A DNA stretch of 64,000 nt from an uncultured delta proteobacterium. Its GTDB lineage: Bacteria > Myxococcota > Myxococcia > Myxococcales > Myxococcaceae. Position numbers and translations under genes: made by a program. Below, piece by piece: positions 40,164-49,946 of this stretch. Each line of letters starts with the position of its first letter. Within the stretch, counting starts at the first letter, position 1. The DNA is taken from assembly GCA_963713045.1 (NCBI GenBank), contig CAVQKE010000001.1, forward strand, positions 512,001-576,000, read 5' to 3'. A model generated the notes under the pieces. That model saw only the letters and a program-made list of their open reading frames with translations, was not told the origin of the DNA and did no database searches.

Positions 40164-41840
40164 CTAGCCCTTGAGGGCGCTGCTCCCATCGCGCTTCAGT
40201 CGACGCGACAACCGGTCCGCCACTCGGTAGGCGTTGGCGATGATGGTCAGCGTCAGGGGCACACCACCGCTGGTGGGCATGAAGCTGCCATCGACCACAT
40301 AAAGATTGGGAACCTCGTGCGCGCGACACTCCGGGTCCAAAACGCTCGACGCCGCGTCCCGGCCAAAACGACAGGTGCCAGCCTGGAGGATGGTCGTCTC
40401 ACCGTACTGGTTGAGGCGGGTCACCTCGTCCGGGTCCATCGCACGGAGAATCTCCTCGCCCCGCTCAACCAAAAAGCGCACCACCTTGAAGTCCACCGGA
40501 TGCCGGACGGTGGTGATGGCTGCCACGGGCAGGCCGTATTTGTCGGTGACGCTCGGGTCGACCGTCACCGAGGTGTTGGGGTTGGGCAAGTACTCGGCGT
40601 AGGTCTCGAACTGCAGCATCTTGCTGTCCCGGTAGGCGCGGAGTTTGTCTTTCAGCGCCAGGCCGAAGACGCCCTTCTCGCCGGTGCTGGCCAAGTCACT
40701 GGCGGCAGCAATGGGGTTGGGGTGTTCCCATAAGAATCCGAGGGTGCCGCCCTTGCGAAAGCCTTCCTTGTCGTTGGGCATCGCGTAGAAGTCCTGGACA
40801 CTCCGTTGCACGAAGGGCGCCGAGTCATCCAGCCACGGCCAGCTGGCCTTTCGCTTGGCGATGCGGAAGGTTGCGCGAGAGCGACCGAATCCACTGAACA
40901 TCAGGTTTTTCCCAACCAACCCGGACCCATTGGCGAGGCCGTTTGGGAACCGTGCCGAGCGCGAGTTGAGCAACAGCCGAGCAGTTTCCACCGCGGTGCA
41001 AGCGAGGATGACCAGCTTCGCCGGCTGCTCCTGGTTGACTCCATGTTCATCCTGGTAGACGACACTTCGGGCGCGGCCGTCAGGGCCGACCGTGACTTCC
41101 TTCGCCATACAGCAGCTGCGCAGTTCGGCCTTCCCCGTGGCAAGCATGGCCGGCACCAGCGAAGCCTGGGTGCTGGACTTGGCATCGACTTCGCAGCCGT
41201 AGGAGCCACACAGTGCGCAGTAGGCGCAAGGTGAGCGGCCCCGGTAACTGCGACTGAGGATGGCCCGCGCGGTCGGACTGGCATGCAGTCCGAGGCTCTT
41301 CGCGGCGCGGTCGATTTCATTCGCAATGGGATGCTCTCGCAGCGGCGGAAGTGGGTACGGCTTGCTCCGCGGTTCGGCGAACGGATGGGGGACGGTGACG
41401 CCGCTCACTCCAATTTCTTCCTCGGCCAGCGTGTAGTAGGGCTCGAGGTCAGCGTAGGAAATCGGCCAGTCCTCCACCGTGCTTCCGGGGATGGGCCCGA
41501 AGAGCGAGCGCACTCGGAAGTCCATCGGCTTGAAGCGATAGAAAAAGCCGCTCATGTGCACCGTCCCGCCGCCCACGCAATTGGCCGTCCAGGCCACGTT
41601 GCTGCGTGAGAACTTCCCGTTCGGAGTGGTGCGGTACAAATGGGGTTCTTCCCATGGCACTGGCATGAAAAAAGTCCGCCGAGTCATCCCCACTTCGTCG
41701 TGGACGTACTCACTGACTTTGTAGTCCCTGCCCTTCTCGAGGAGGACCACTTGAAGGCCGGCACGGGCCAATTGGAGCGCGGCCGGTGTGCCGCCGGCAC
41801 CGCTGCCCACCACGATGACGTCGACTGGAGCAAGCGCCAT
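40164..41840 (-). CDS. GMC-family flavoprotein oxidoreductase (gluconate-2-dehydrogenase large-subunit-like)
   Basis: VGSGAGG Rossmann motif, VGGGTVH, WPISYADLEPYY, C..C..C...GC cluster, GTCRFG, NLYVVDGSFMPT. Confidence 0.92.
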   Translation of the reverse strand: MALAPVDVIVVGSGAGGTPAALQLARAGLQVVLLEKGRDYKVSEYVHDEVGMTRRTFFMPVPWEEPHLYRTTPNGKFSRSNVAWTANCVGGGTVHMSGFFYRFKPMDFRVRSLFGPIPGSTVEDWPISYADLEPYYTLAEEEIGVSGVTVPHPFAEPRSKPYPLPPLREHPIANEIDRAAKSLGLHASPTARAILSRSYRGRSPCAYCALCGSYGCEVDAKSSTQASLVPAMLATGKAELRSCCMAKEVTVGPDGRARSVVYQDEHGVNQEQPAKLVILACTAVETARLLLNSRSARFPNGLANGSGLVGKNLMFSGFGRSRATFRIAKRKASWPWLDDSAPFVQRSVQDFYAMPNDKEGFRKGGTLGFLWEHPNPIAAASDLASTGEKGVFGLALKDKLRAYRDSKMLQFETYAEYLPNPNTSVTVDPSVTDKYGLPVAAITTVRHPVDFKVVRFLVERGEEILRAMDPDEVTRLNQYGETTILQAGTCRFGRDAASSVLDPECRAHEVPNLYVVDGSFMPTSGGVPLTLTIIANAYRVADRLSRRLKRDGSSALKG

Positions 41841-41846
41841 GCTGGC

Positions 41847-42455
41847 TCAGCCCCCGCACTTGTGGTGGGCGTGCAGGCCGTCGTAGCCGGCAGGCGGCTC
41901 ACTGGTTCCGAAGCCGATGAGGGCCCAGCCCTTTCGGTCCTTGTTTCCACCGTAGGAAGGGTCCGAGAAGGCGCCCTCCATGGTGAGGACGACGAGGAGC
42001 TCGTACCAGTGCCCCTCCCCGGTGTCCTTGGCGCTGTTCTTAAAGGCGGTGAGAAGCGTGTCCTGTTGCTCAGCGGTGAGCTGCGGGAAAGGCTTACCGA
42101 ATTGCCGCTCGGCACGGCGCATCAGCGCCTCGAGTCCGCGAATGAAATCCTCTTTGACGTGGCTCATCCGCGGGTCGGAAAGTGCCCGGTCCAGGTAACC
42201 CGGGACGCCGAGGTCAGCTGCACCCGGGTCCCCATCGCGGGGGAGCATGCGCTCGCAGGCCGCCGCCATGGCCTCATATTCGGCATCCAGCAGCGTGAGG
42301 TGCGAGGTGGTGAGGGCGCTCGGTTGCTGGGCGTGCTTGGCGGCCACCGGCTCCGGCGAGCAAGAGCCGAGCACAACCATACTGCCACCGAAGAAACTCA
42401 CACGCTGAATGAAAGACCGGCGAGAAAATTCGTCCTGGGGCGTGTCGTCCGACAT
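41847..42455 (-). CDS. Gluconate 2-dehydrogenase subunit 3 family, Tat-exported
   Basis: Twin-arginine SRRSFI, PGAADLGV..YLD, EGAFSDPSYGGN...GW. Confidence 0.88.
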   Translation of the reverse strand: MSDDTPQDEFSRRSFIQRVSFFGGSMVVLGSCSPEPVAAKHAQQPSALTTSHLTLLDAEYEAMAAACERMLPRDGDPGAADLGVPGYLDRALSDPRMSHVKEDFIRGLEALMRRAERQFGKPFPQLTAEQQDTLLTAFKNSAKDTGEGHWYELLVVLTMEGAFSDPSYGGNKDRKGWALIGFGTSEPPAGYDGLHAHHKCGG

Positions 42456-42549
42456 AGGTGGAGGTGTTCCTCGCATCTGACGTGAGGGATTCACGCAGGG
42501 AATCAGGCAGTCCAAGGGTAGAATACAATGCTCGATTGCCGGAGGCTGC

Positions 42550-44193
42550 ATGCGTCCTGTCGGATGGCTGATGTTGTTCGTGTGTGTCTTGGGCGCTGCC
42601 GCCTGTACTGGGAACGCCGGCAGCGTCATTCCCCTCGACGGCGGGTGCACCAGCTGCGTCCCCGACGGGGGCCGCTTCAACATCTTCGTCGTCGACCCAA
42701 CTCCCTTCTCCCCGCCAGTGGATGGCGGGGTCGTCAGTTTGGATGGTGGCGCCGTCCAGTCGCAGGTGACTGGCTACGAGACGATTCCCCTCTTTCAAAT
42801 GCACGTGGCTCCGAACGGAAATATCGGCATCGCGTACGTTGAGTTTAGTGCCGACCAAACCGACAACAAGCCGCGCCCGGACCCAAGCCTGTTGAACTAC
42901 GACGTCCTTTACACCGAATGGTCTGTGACCACGAATTCGCCCGCTTTCAGCCCTGAGCGGGTGAGTGGGAGCTACCCGGTCCAGAACTTCGTCGGAGTGA
43001 GTCTCGACTATTACAACGGGCAGCCCGTGGTGGGCTTACTCGGTTGGACTGCAGCCCCCGGTTATGACGCGACCCAGGCCTATTGGTACCAGCACCAGGG
43101 CGTCCTGTCGTACCGGAACCTCGCTGGCGGTGGCACACCGGGGACCTGGACGCAGGTGGCCGTCGTGGATAACGGACCGGCGCCGGGCGCCGACCCAGCC
43201 GCCGCCGGAACTGCATGTGGCGGCAATGGCTCGTGCGTTCAGGGGCCAATTACCGGTCTTTACCCGGCGGTCCTCGTCGACGGGCCGGAAACCTTCTTCA
43301 CCGTCCGCAACGTGCACTTTGGAAGCTCGACCGGGACGGGCGACTTCCAAAACTCCAACTTCGACCTGGCTCTCGGAGAACCAGGCAATTGGCAATATTT
43401 CGGGCTTGGCTGGGGGAAACCGGGAATTCAGTTGTCCCTCTCACCGACTCAGCCGGGCGTCAGCCGAGGCTGCTCCATTTCCAACAACACCTCAGGCCGT
43501 ACGGCTTATGGAAATCACAGCAGCATCGTCCTCGGGTACAACGGCAATCCAGCCATCATCAGCGACATCGGCAACAACGAATACAACAGCCCTGGGACCG
43601 ACGTCTTCTTCTTCGAGCAGCAGGACGGAGGGAGCTGGAATTGCCCGATGACGGTCCTCACCAGCGCCGACACCAGCACCACAGGAAATTTTCCAGCTGG
43701 TGAGCAGAGCATGCAGGAGACCAGCGGACCTTCCATCGCCTACGACAGCCAAGGCGTGGGTTACGCCGTTTCCATCTCGGACGTCAGTGGCAGCGGAGCC
43801 GCCTATTTCAAGACCTGCAATCCCAATGCAGACGCTGGTTGGGGTTGCGTCACCAACGGCCACTGGACCGACTTCCAGCCCGTGTTTCAGAGCGGCAGCG
43901 GCGGCTACTTCTCCTCGGTCGCACTGAACCCGGACACGCATGACCCTTGGGTGGCGTATTACTTTTGCAGCAGCAACTCGGCCTACAACGAGTTGAGCTG
44001 CCCGGTTGTGGAGCGTCAGCTGCAAGTGGCGCACAGCCCGTACAACGCCGGAATTTGGTACCCGGAACCGGTCGACAACCAGGGCGCGTGGCAGACGCAG
44101 ATGCTTTACCTCACCAGCCCAACCCGTCTCGTCATCGGCTACCGCGACCCGACCACGGGAGCGATGAAGCTCGCCGTGGAGAACCCCCCGTGA
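42550..44193 (+). CDS. Beta-propeller-like lipoprotein
   Basis: SD GGAGG, lipobox AAAC, repeated S.AYD/P..AYY blade-like segments. Confidence 0.75.
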   Translation: MRPVGWLMLFVCVLGAAACTGNAGSVIPLDGGCTSCVPDGGRFNIFVVDPTPFSPPVDGGVVSLDGGAVQSQVTGYETIPLFQMHVAPNGNIGIAYVEFSADQTDNKPRPDPSLLNYDVLYTEWSVTTNSPAFSPERVSGSYPVQNFVGVSLDYYNGQPVVGLLGWTAAPGYDATQAYWYQHQGVLSYRNLAGGGTPGTWTQVAVVDNGPAPGADPAAAGTACGGNGSCVQGPITGLYPAVLVDGPETFFTVRNVHFGSSTGTGDFQNSNFDLALGEPGNWQYFGLGWGKPGIQLSLSPTQPGVSRGCSISNNTSGRTAYGNHSSIVLGYNGNPAIISDIGNNEYNSPGTDVFFFEQQDGGSWNCPMTVLTSADTSTTGNFPAGEQSMQETSGPSIAYDSQGVGYAVSISDVSGSGAAYFKTCNPNADAGWGCVTNGHWTDFQPVFQSGSGGYFSSVALNPDTHDPWVAYYFCSSNSAYNELSCPVVERQLQVAHSPYNAGIWYPEPVDNQGAWQTQMLYLTSPTRLVIGYRDPTTGAMKLAVENPP

Positions 44194-44702
44194 GAAGGTC
44201 GGTCCTGGCTGTCGTTATGGCCACACCCTTGGTCGCTGCCGTGGGATGCATGGGCAGCAATTCATTGAGCGGGAGCATGAGTGAAGTGTTTCCGCTGGAC
44301 GTTTCCAGTGTGCAGGTTCTCCGCAACGACGACGCCTTCCAAGTCAGCTACTACAACTACAGTGGCGTTGGGATTGACCTGGTGGCCCGCGTGAGCGTCG
44401 CGCTCGATGGATGGGACTTTGTGTCAGGCAAGAATTACCCGCTTGAGGGGGAAGACGACGCTGGGCAACAGCGGACGTCGGTCCTTCACCTGGCTTCGCA
44501 ATCACCGCCCGAGCCACTGGCCAACGTCTACCTCGGGGTTCTTGAACTCGACAACGGCGGGAATGTCGGCCAGACCACCCAAGGCAGTTTCTCCATGTCA
44601 TTTGTGAGCGACGGCGGCTTCGGTGGGGGCTTCACGTTGCAGGGAAGCTTTTCTGGGATCGCCCAAGACGCTGGTTACGGAGACGGCACCTGGCCCGACT
44701 GA
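44190..44702 (+). CDS. Small beta-rich lipoprotein (paralog of 53209..53712)
   Basis: GTGA coupling, lipobox AVGC, GSFSMSF...TLQGSFSG. Confidence 0.75.
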   Translation: MRRSVLAVVMATPLVAAVGCMGSNSLSGSMSEVFPLDVSSVQVLRNDDAFQVSYYNYSGVGIDLVARVSVALDGWDFVSGKNYPLEGEDDAGQQRTSVLHLASQSPPEPLANVYLGVLELDNGGNVGQTTQGSFSMSFVSDGGFGGGFTLQGSFSGIAQDAGYGDGTWPD

Positions 44703-44726
44703 CCCGAGGGGGCCGCTCTCCTCGGG
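44703..44726 (+). terminator. GC stem-loop after the lipoprotein gene
   Basis: CCCGAGGGGG-ccgc-TCTCCTCGGG, a 10-bp stem including two G-U pairs. No U-tract. Confidence 0.35.
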
Positions 44727-44839
44727 GGACCACGTCGCCACACATGGACTACCCGGCAACACACGGATTTTTCAGGGGAATCCGGCGATTGGACGCGTTG
44801 ACAGGGGCGCAGGCCGTGCGATTTGCTGGGGGAGTTCCC

Positions 44840-45442
44840 ATGCGAGGCCGAACTGTTCGACGCGTCGTGGCCTGTCTGGTCACGATTGCATGCTGCATCG
44901 CGCTGCCCTCTGCGGTGCGGGCTGCCACCGACAGCACGCAGACGACGCCCTCCAAGTCGAAGAGCACCAGCAAGACGTCTTCTACCGGCAAGAGCAAGAG
45001 CAAGCCGTCGTCCAAGTCGTCAACCAAGTCTTCCAGCAAAGCGGCGTCGTCCAAGACGAAAGGGACAACCAGCAAGTCGACGGCCTCCCGGAGCTCCGGA
45101 AAGTCGTCCAAGGGCACCGCCTCCGCGAAAAAGGCCACTTCTGCCGCGACAGCCAAGTCGTCGCCCTCGACCGAGGCGCTGCGCACCGCTTTTGACCCAA
45201 CTTCGCCCACCGCCACCTCCATTCCGGGCGCGCCGGCCGCGACCGCGTCGGCAGCGCCACCGGCTGGGCAGCGCGGCCCAACGCGCATTGACTTCGACGA
45301 CCGGCTGATTCAGGGCCAGCGCAACAGCGCTGGCGCGGTTTACCTCTACGACCGGAAGGAACTGAAGCAGCGCTCGATGATCAAGAAGCGCGAGAGCTTC
45401 CGCGAGGAAATCGTCGGCGTTGTCTACGACTCCGAGCTCTAG
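44840..45442 (+). CDS. GltF/CglF-like small secreted protein with Lys/Ser-rich insert
   Basis: Signal peptide, then C-terminal TRIDFDDRLIQGQ...YLYDRK...SMIKKRESFREEI, the GltF/CglF-type signature. Confidence 0.78.
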   Translation: MRGRTVRRVVACLVTIACCIALPSAVRAATDSTQTTPSKSKSTSKTSSTGKSKSKPSSKSSTKSSSKAASSKTKGTTSKSTASRSSGKSSKGTASAKKATSAATAKSSPSTEALRTAFDPTSPTATSIPGAPAATASAAPPAGQRGPTRIDFDDRLIQGQRNSAGAVYLYDRKELKQRSMIKKRESFREEIVGVVYDSEL

Positions 45443-45482
45443 TCCTCCTGCCTCAATCCCCCACCCACGAGGGAATCGAACG

Positions 45483-47651
45483 TTGAGCGGTCAGCCGGCA
45501 GTCCTCCAGGTCGTCATCCTGCGCGACGGGCTCCTGGTCGGCACCGAGGTGTTCGTCCCAGGTTCCTACACCTTGGGAAGCGCGGCTGACGCGGACCTCC
45601 GCCTCGATGACTCGACGGTCGATGCCTCCCACGCCGTTCTCTATTTCCAAAACGGCAAGGCGGCAGTCCAGGACTCCGGTTCCAGCGGCGGCCTGTATGT
45701 CAACGGTCACCAAGTCACGGCTTGCGAGATTCGCGCCGTGGACGAAGTTGTCGTTGGGCCCTTCGTCCTCAAAGCTCGAGTGCTGGGACAGAAGCTGGCG
45801 GCCAAGGCACCGCCTCCCCCCGAGGTGTCAGCGCTGCTCGGTGGAGCAGCTCCGGCGGCGGCAGTGCCCAGGGTGGCGCCGGTACAGGCGCCCGCGCCGC
45901 GACGCGCGGCCGCCACGCCGCCCCCGCCTCCGTCCGACGCCGACTCCTTGAACGGTCGAGTCCCCCGGGAAACAGCGGCGCCAGGAACGGTGCCCTCGGC
46001 GCGCCGCCGGAAGACCAACACCAAGAGTCGACTCAAACCGATTTCAGAGTCCGAGCTGGCCACCACCATGCCGTACCCGTCCCATCCGGTGCACGGCGCG
46101 AACTCGGGCGCGACGGAACTGGACCCTTTCGACGAGCCCTTGCAGCGCGCCAAGGGCTGGCCGCCGCCGGCGGCGTCGCCGTCCGCCCCGCCTCCTCCTC
46201 CCGCCGCAGCACGCTCGCCCTCGGCGCGTCATCCCTCGCGCCCGGCTGAGGTCGAACCGGAGCCGGCAGCCAGTGCGCCACCGAGACGGGCGACCTCGGG
46301 GCCGGTCAAAGCCGGGCCCCCGCGGACCTTCAGCATCCCCAGCAAAGGCGGACGCGGCCCGGCGCGCATTTACTTTGAGCTGTTTTGGGGTCAGGCCCGT
46401 CAGGGCGCAAATAGCTTTGGCCCCACCAAGAAGGACAAGCCGGTCAGAGCGGGGCTACTCGAAACGGCGATGCTTCCGCTGTTCGGATTCACGCTTCCGG
46501 AGGGCTTCCCCATCGCTGAATCCTCGGGTGGAGGCTACCGCCTCTTCATCCCACCGCGGGCCGAGGTGGAGCGACGCCGCGCGGACGGAGCTTTTGTCCC
46601 CGCCCTCCCTTCCGACGTGGAGAAATCGGGCGGCCGCCGAAGTGTGTCGCTCCAGCTCGGCTCAGCAGTGTGTCTGCGAGAGGGCGAGATGGCCTGTGTG
46701 GCCTTCGTCGCTCCTCCGCCGGAGCCGGTGTTTGTGAACCCATTCCGGAACCGACCCTGGTTCTTCATCTTCCTGGTGCTGCTCTTCTTAGTCCCGTCAG
46801 TTTATTGGGCCATCTTCGGCCCCAAGCTCGACGACCTTGCTGACTTCTCGGCGAAGAATCTGAACCCGGTCGCGGTCCGCCTGCTGGCTCCGCCAAAGCA
46901 AGAGAAGAAGAAGGAACCCGAGAAGAAGAAGGAAGAGCCAAAGAAGGAAGAGGCCAAGAAGGAGCCGGAGAAGAAGAAGGAACCCGAGAAGAAGGTCGTC
47001 AAACCGACACCGAGGCCCCCAGAGCCTAAAGTCGAGCCTCCCAAGGATGTGACCAAGGCGCTGGCCAAAGTGACGGCAGCCGGCCCGGCGATGAAGTCCA
47101 TGCTGGCGGCCATCAACAAGATTGGGCCCGGCGGCAACAACACCGCTTTCAAACTCAGTGGCCTGGTGGGCAAGGGCCCAGTGGCCAGTACCAATGGGCT
47201 TCCGGGCATTGGCATTGGCAAAGGCGGCGGCGGCCGCGAGATTCTGCTGGGGGCCGGCGGAGGTGGGATTGGAGCGCTGGGTGTAGGGAGCGTGGGCAAG
47301 GGCCCGGTGCGCTCCAGTGTCACCAAGGCAGTCTCGACCAGCATCGCCTCGCAGGGCCAAATCGACAAAGAGGCGGTGGCCAAGGTCATCAACTCCCACT
47401 TGGGCGAGGTCCAGCGCTGCTACGAGGCAGCCCTCTTGAGGACCCCCGCCTTGGCGGGAAAGGTGGTTTTGGAGTGGAGCATCTCCACCAGCGGGAAAGT
47501 CGTCAGTTCGAAGTCAAAAAGTTCGACTTTGAAGGATCCCTCGGTGGAGTCGTGCATTCTCAGGTCGCTCAACAACTGGCAGTTCCCGCCCGCTAAGGGA
47601 AACTCGGTCATCATCACCTACCCGTTCATCTTCAACGCGGTCGGCTTTTGA
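45483..47651 (+). CDS. GltG/PglI-like FHA + TM + TonB-C (AgmX/PglI C-terminal) protein
   Basis: N-terminal FHA-like domain, Pro linker, one TM, KKE-rich stalk, Gly-rich region, C-terminal QRCYE..L...P.LAGKV...W.I...FP......ITYPF. TTG follows GAGGGA. Confidence 0.85.
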   Translation: MSGQPAVLQVVILRDGLLVGTEVFVPGSYTLGSAADADLRLDDSTVDASHAVLYFQNGKAAVQDSGSSGGLYVNGHQVTACEIRAVDEVVVGPFVLKARVLGQKLAAKAPPPPEVSALLGGAAPAAAVPRVAPVQAPAPRRAAATPPPPPSDADSLNGRVPRETAAPGTVPSARRRKTNTKSRLKPISESELATTMPYPSHPVHGANSGATELDPFDEPLQRAKGWPPPAASPSAPPPPPAAARSPSARHPSRPAEVEPEPAASAPPRRATSGPVKAGPPRTFSIPSKGGRGPARIYFELFWGQARQGANSFGPTKKDKPVRAGLLETAMLPLFGFTLPEGFPIAESSGGGYRLFIPPRAEVERRRADGAFVPALPSDVEKSGGRRSVSLQLGSAVCLREGEMACVAFVAPPPEPVFVNPFRNRPWFFIFLVLLFLVPSVYWAIFGPKLDDLADFSAKNLNPVAVRLLAPPKQEKKKEPEKKKEEPKKEEAKKEPEKKKEPEKKVVKPTPRPPEPKVEPPKDVTKALAKVTAAGPAMKSMLAAINKIGPGGNNTAFKLSGLVGKGPVASTNGLPGIGIGKGGGGREILLGAGGGGIGALGVGSVGKGPVRSSVTKAVSTSIASQGQIDKEAVAKVINSHLGEVQRCYEAALLRTPALAGKVVLEWSISTSGKVVSSKSKSSTLKDPSVESCILRSLNNWQFPPAKGNSVIITYPFIFNAVGF
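46893..46995 (+). repeat. Coding low-complexity KKKEPE repeat
   Basis: Recurring GAGAAGAAGAAGGA units encode the periplasm-spanning stalk of the GltG-like protein. Confidence 0.6.
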
Positions 47652-47691
47652 TGAGCGCCAGAGGCGGCGGCCTTCTCGAAGGGAACCTTTC

Positions 47692-48339
47692 GTGAGACGA
47701 ATTCTCGTAATTCTGGTTTGCCTTGCGCCCTTTGCAGCCCGGGCGCAAGAGGAGCTGGAAAATCCAGGCGTGGTTCTGGCTGTCCAGGACCGCACTTACC
47801 GGATGAACAGTGAGTTGATGCTGGCGATTGGCATCCTGCCGCTCGACGCTTTCACCAAAGGCATCAGTGGAGAGGTTTCATACACCTACCATTTCTCCGA
47901 CAGCATCGCCTGGCAGATTGGGCGGTTTCTTTATTCCTACAACGTCGCGACTGGTCTGCAGAACCAACTGGTCCAGGACTTCGGCGTCAATCCAACCGCC
48001 TTCACGCAAACCAACTGGATTGCCGGAAGCGATTTCATGTGGACGCCGATCTACGGCAAGTTCGCCTGGCTGAACAGCAGCGTTGCCCATTTCGAGATTT
48101 ACGGGCTGCTTGGGTTTTCGGTCGCAAACCAGAAAATCTCCAGCGACATCACCGCCGGGACAACCAGCACCGTGTTTTCTCCGGGCGCCAACTTCGGAAT
48201 TGGCTGGCGCTTCTACATCAGCAAGAGCGTCTCCTTTAGGCTCGAGTTCGACGAGAACCTCCTCTTCGCGACCAGTGGACCCCAAAGCGTCATGGTCATT
48301 CAGCTCGGCGCGGCCTTCAACTTCGGCTCGACTGAATGA
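47692..48339 (+). CDS. Outer-membrane beta-barrel (GltA/B/H-like, myxobacterial OMP family)
   Basis: Signal ...ARA|QE, AVQ.R.Y, WTPIYGKFA, amphipathic strands ending GAAFNF. Confidence 0.82.
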   Translation: MRRILVILVCLAPFAARAQEELENPGVVLAVQDRTYRMNSELMLAIGILPLDAFTKGISGEVSYTYHFSDSIAWQIGRFLYSYNVATGLQNQLVQDFGVNPTAFTQTNWIAGSDFMWTPIYGKFAWLNSSVAHFEIYGLLGFSVANQKISSDITAGTTSTVFSPGANFGIGWRFYISKSVSFRLEFDENLLFATSGPQSVMVIQLGAAFNFGSTE

Positions 48340-49946
48340 TGCGAGAAGGCTTGACCACCAGGTTGCTGTTGTTGGTAGGACTTGTTCCCTGCCTTGCACT
48401 GGCGCAGGCGCCGTCCGCCCCACCAACTGCAGCACCGGCAACGCCCGCCCCCCCGACGCAGCCGGCGCCCGCCGCAGCCAAGCCGCCCAGCGCAGCTCCG
48501 CCGCCGGCGGCGCCCCAGCCACCGCCGGCTGGTCCCTCAACCCCCGAGGCGGCCAAAGCACCGGCGGAGAAGGCCGACCAGGCCCTCTTCGACGACGCGC
48601 TTCAGGACTATTTCGGCGACAAGAAGGAGTCTGCCGCGCGGAAGCTCTTCGCCTTCATCGAGGGCACGCCACCCACGGACGAAAATCACCCCTGGGCTCA
48701 GTACTTCTTGGCTCGTTGCTTCATCGACCTCGGCCTGCGACATGCCGGAGCCGTTTACTTGGCGAAGGTGGCACGCGAGCGGAGCAACCCGCAGGTGCTT
48801 CCGCGGACGCTGGAGGCCCTGCGGACCCTCATCCTCGTCCCCCACGATGAAGTGCTCATCGACGAGCAGGTCTTCGGCTCGCTGGACTTGGGCTTCCTGC
48901 CGGACACAGTGAGCGACTACGCCAACTACGAGCAGGGGTTGGTCGACCTTCGGGTGGGCAACGAACGCTGGGCGAACACCCACTTCGCCAAGCTGGACGA
49001 AGGAAGCGTTGAGGCCAGCCGGGCCAAATTCGCGTTGCTCGTCACCCGCCTCAAGAAGCTGGAGGGCAAGGCCGTTCCGGACGAGATGATTGAGGACTTC
49101 CTGGCGCTGTCCAACGACGAGAAGCTGACCATGGAGGCGCGGAATGAGGCCCGTCTCGCGGTGGCCCGCCTTCGATATGAGCGCAAGGACTTCGAAGGCG
49201 CGCTCAAGGCCTACGAGATGGTGCAGCTGCCTTCGCTGGACCCCGGCCGCGCAACGCTTTACCTCGAGGAGGCTTGGACCCGGTACAACCTTGGCCAGCT
49301 GCGGGCGGCGATGGGCCTCCTCACCACCCTGGATGCGCCGAGCTTCCGGGAGGAGTTTTTACCGGACAAGTACATCCTCCGCGCGCTGGTCTACCGCGAC
49401 CTCTGCCACTACCTGCCGGCCAAGCGCGCCGCCAAGGAACTCACCCGCCGTTACGCCGAGTCGCTCGAGTCGATTCGAGAGCGAGACGACCTCACCCAAG
49501 ACGCCCGGTTGCGCGCCGCCGCTTCGAGCCACGGGAGCACCAAGCGGGCAGCGAAGTTTCGGGAATCCCTCAACCTCGAGATTGAGCTCAAGGCGCGGTA
49601 CGCCGGCGGCTTCGGCGAACGGCTCTTCACCCAGACGACGAAACTTTATGACCTCGCTTACGCCGAGGCTGAGCGGGTCTACCGTCAAAGGCTCGAGGAG
49701 GCAGTGCGCGAAGAGGCTGACAAGCTGCTCCTGGCCGCCGAGCAAGTCCGGTTGATGGAATACGAGGTCGGTCTCAAGCTCTACGAGCGCATCAAACGCG
49801 GCGCCAAGCTGGTGCAGCCCGAAAAGCAGCAACCGATTGGGCCGGGCCAGGAGGCGTTTCGTTTCGACGGCGAATACTGGAACGATGAATTGCGCAGCTA
49901 CCGGGTCAGCATTCCCAGCCGGTGCGTGGAAGAGGGGGCGCTGTGA
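48336..49946 (+). CDS. GltC-like periplasmic TPR protein
   Basis: Signal, Pro linker, TPRs, LEEAW..Y..G....A.G.L.TL.AP.F, C-terminal FDGEYWNDEL..Y...I...C. Confidence 0.8.
   Translation: MMREGLTTRLLLLVGLVPCLALAQAPSAPPTAAPATPAPPTQPAPAAAKPPSAAPPPAAPQPPPAGPSTPEAAKAPAEKADQALFDDALQDYFGDKKESAARKLFAFIEGTPPTDENHPWAQYFLARCFIDLGLRHAGAVYLAKVARERSNPQVLPRTLEALRTLILVPHDEVLIDEQVFGSLDLGFLPDTVSDYANYEQGLVDLRVGNERWANTHFAKLDEGSVEASRAKFALLVTRLKKLEGKAVPDEMIEDFLALSNDEKLTMEARNEARLAVARLRYERKDFEGALKAYEMVQLPSLDPGRATLYLEEAWTRYNLGQLRAAMGLLTTLDAPSFREEFLPDKYILRALVYRDLCHYLPAKRAAKELTRRYAESLESIRERDDLTQDARLRAAASSHGSTKRAAKFRESLNLEIELKARYAGGFGERLFTQTTKLYDLAYAEAERVYRQRLEEAVREEADKLLLAAEQVRLMEYEVGLKLYERIKRGAKLVQPEKQQPIGPGQEAFRFDGEYWNDELRSYRVSIPSRCVEEGAL

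Noticed and set aside
44749..45288. Minus-strand 179-aa Asp/Leu-rich ORF
   Set aside because: It is the antisense shadow of the Lys/Ser tract in the GltF-like gene.
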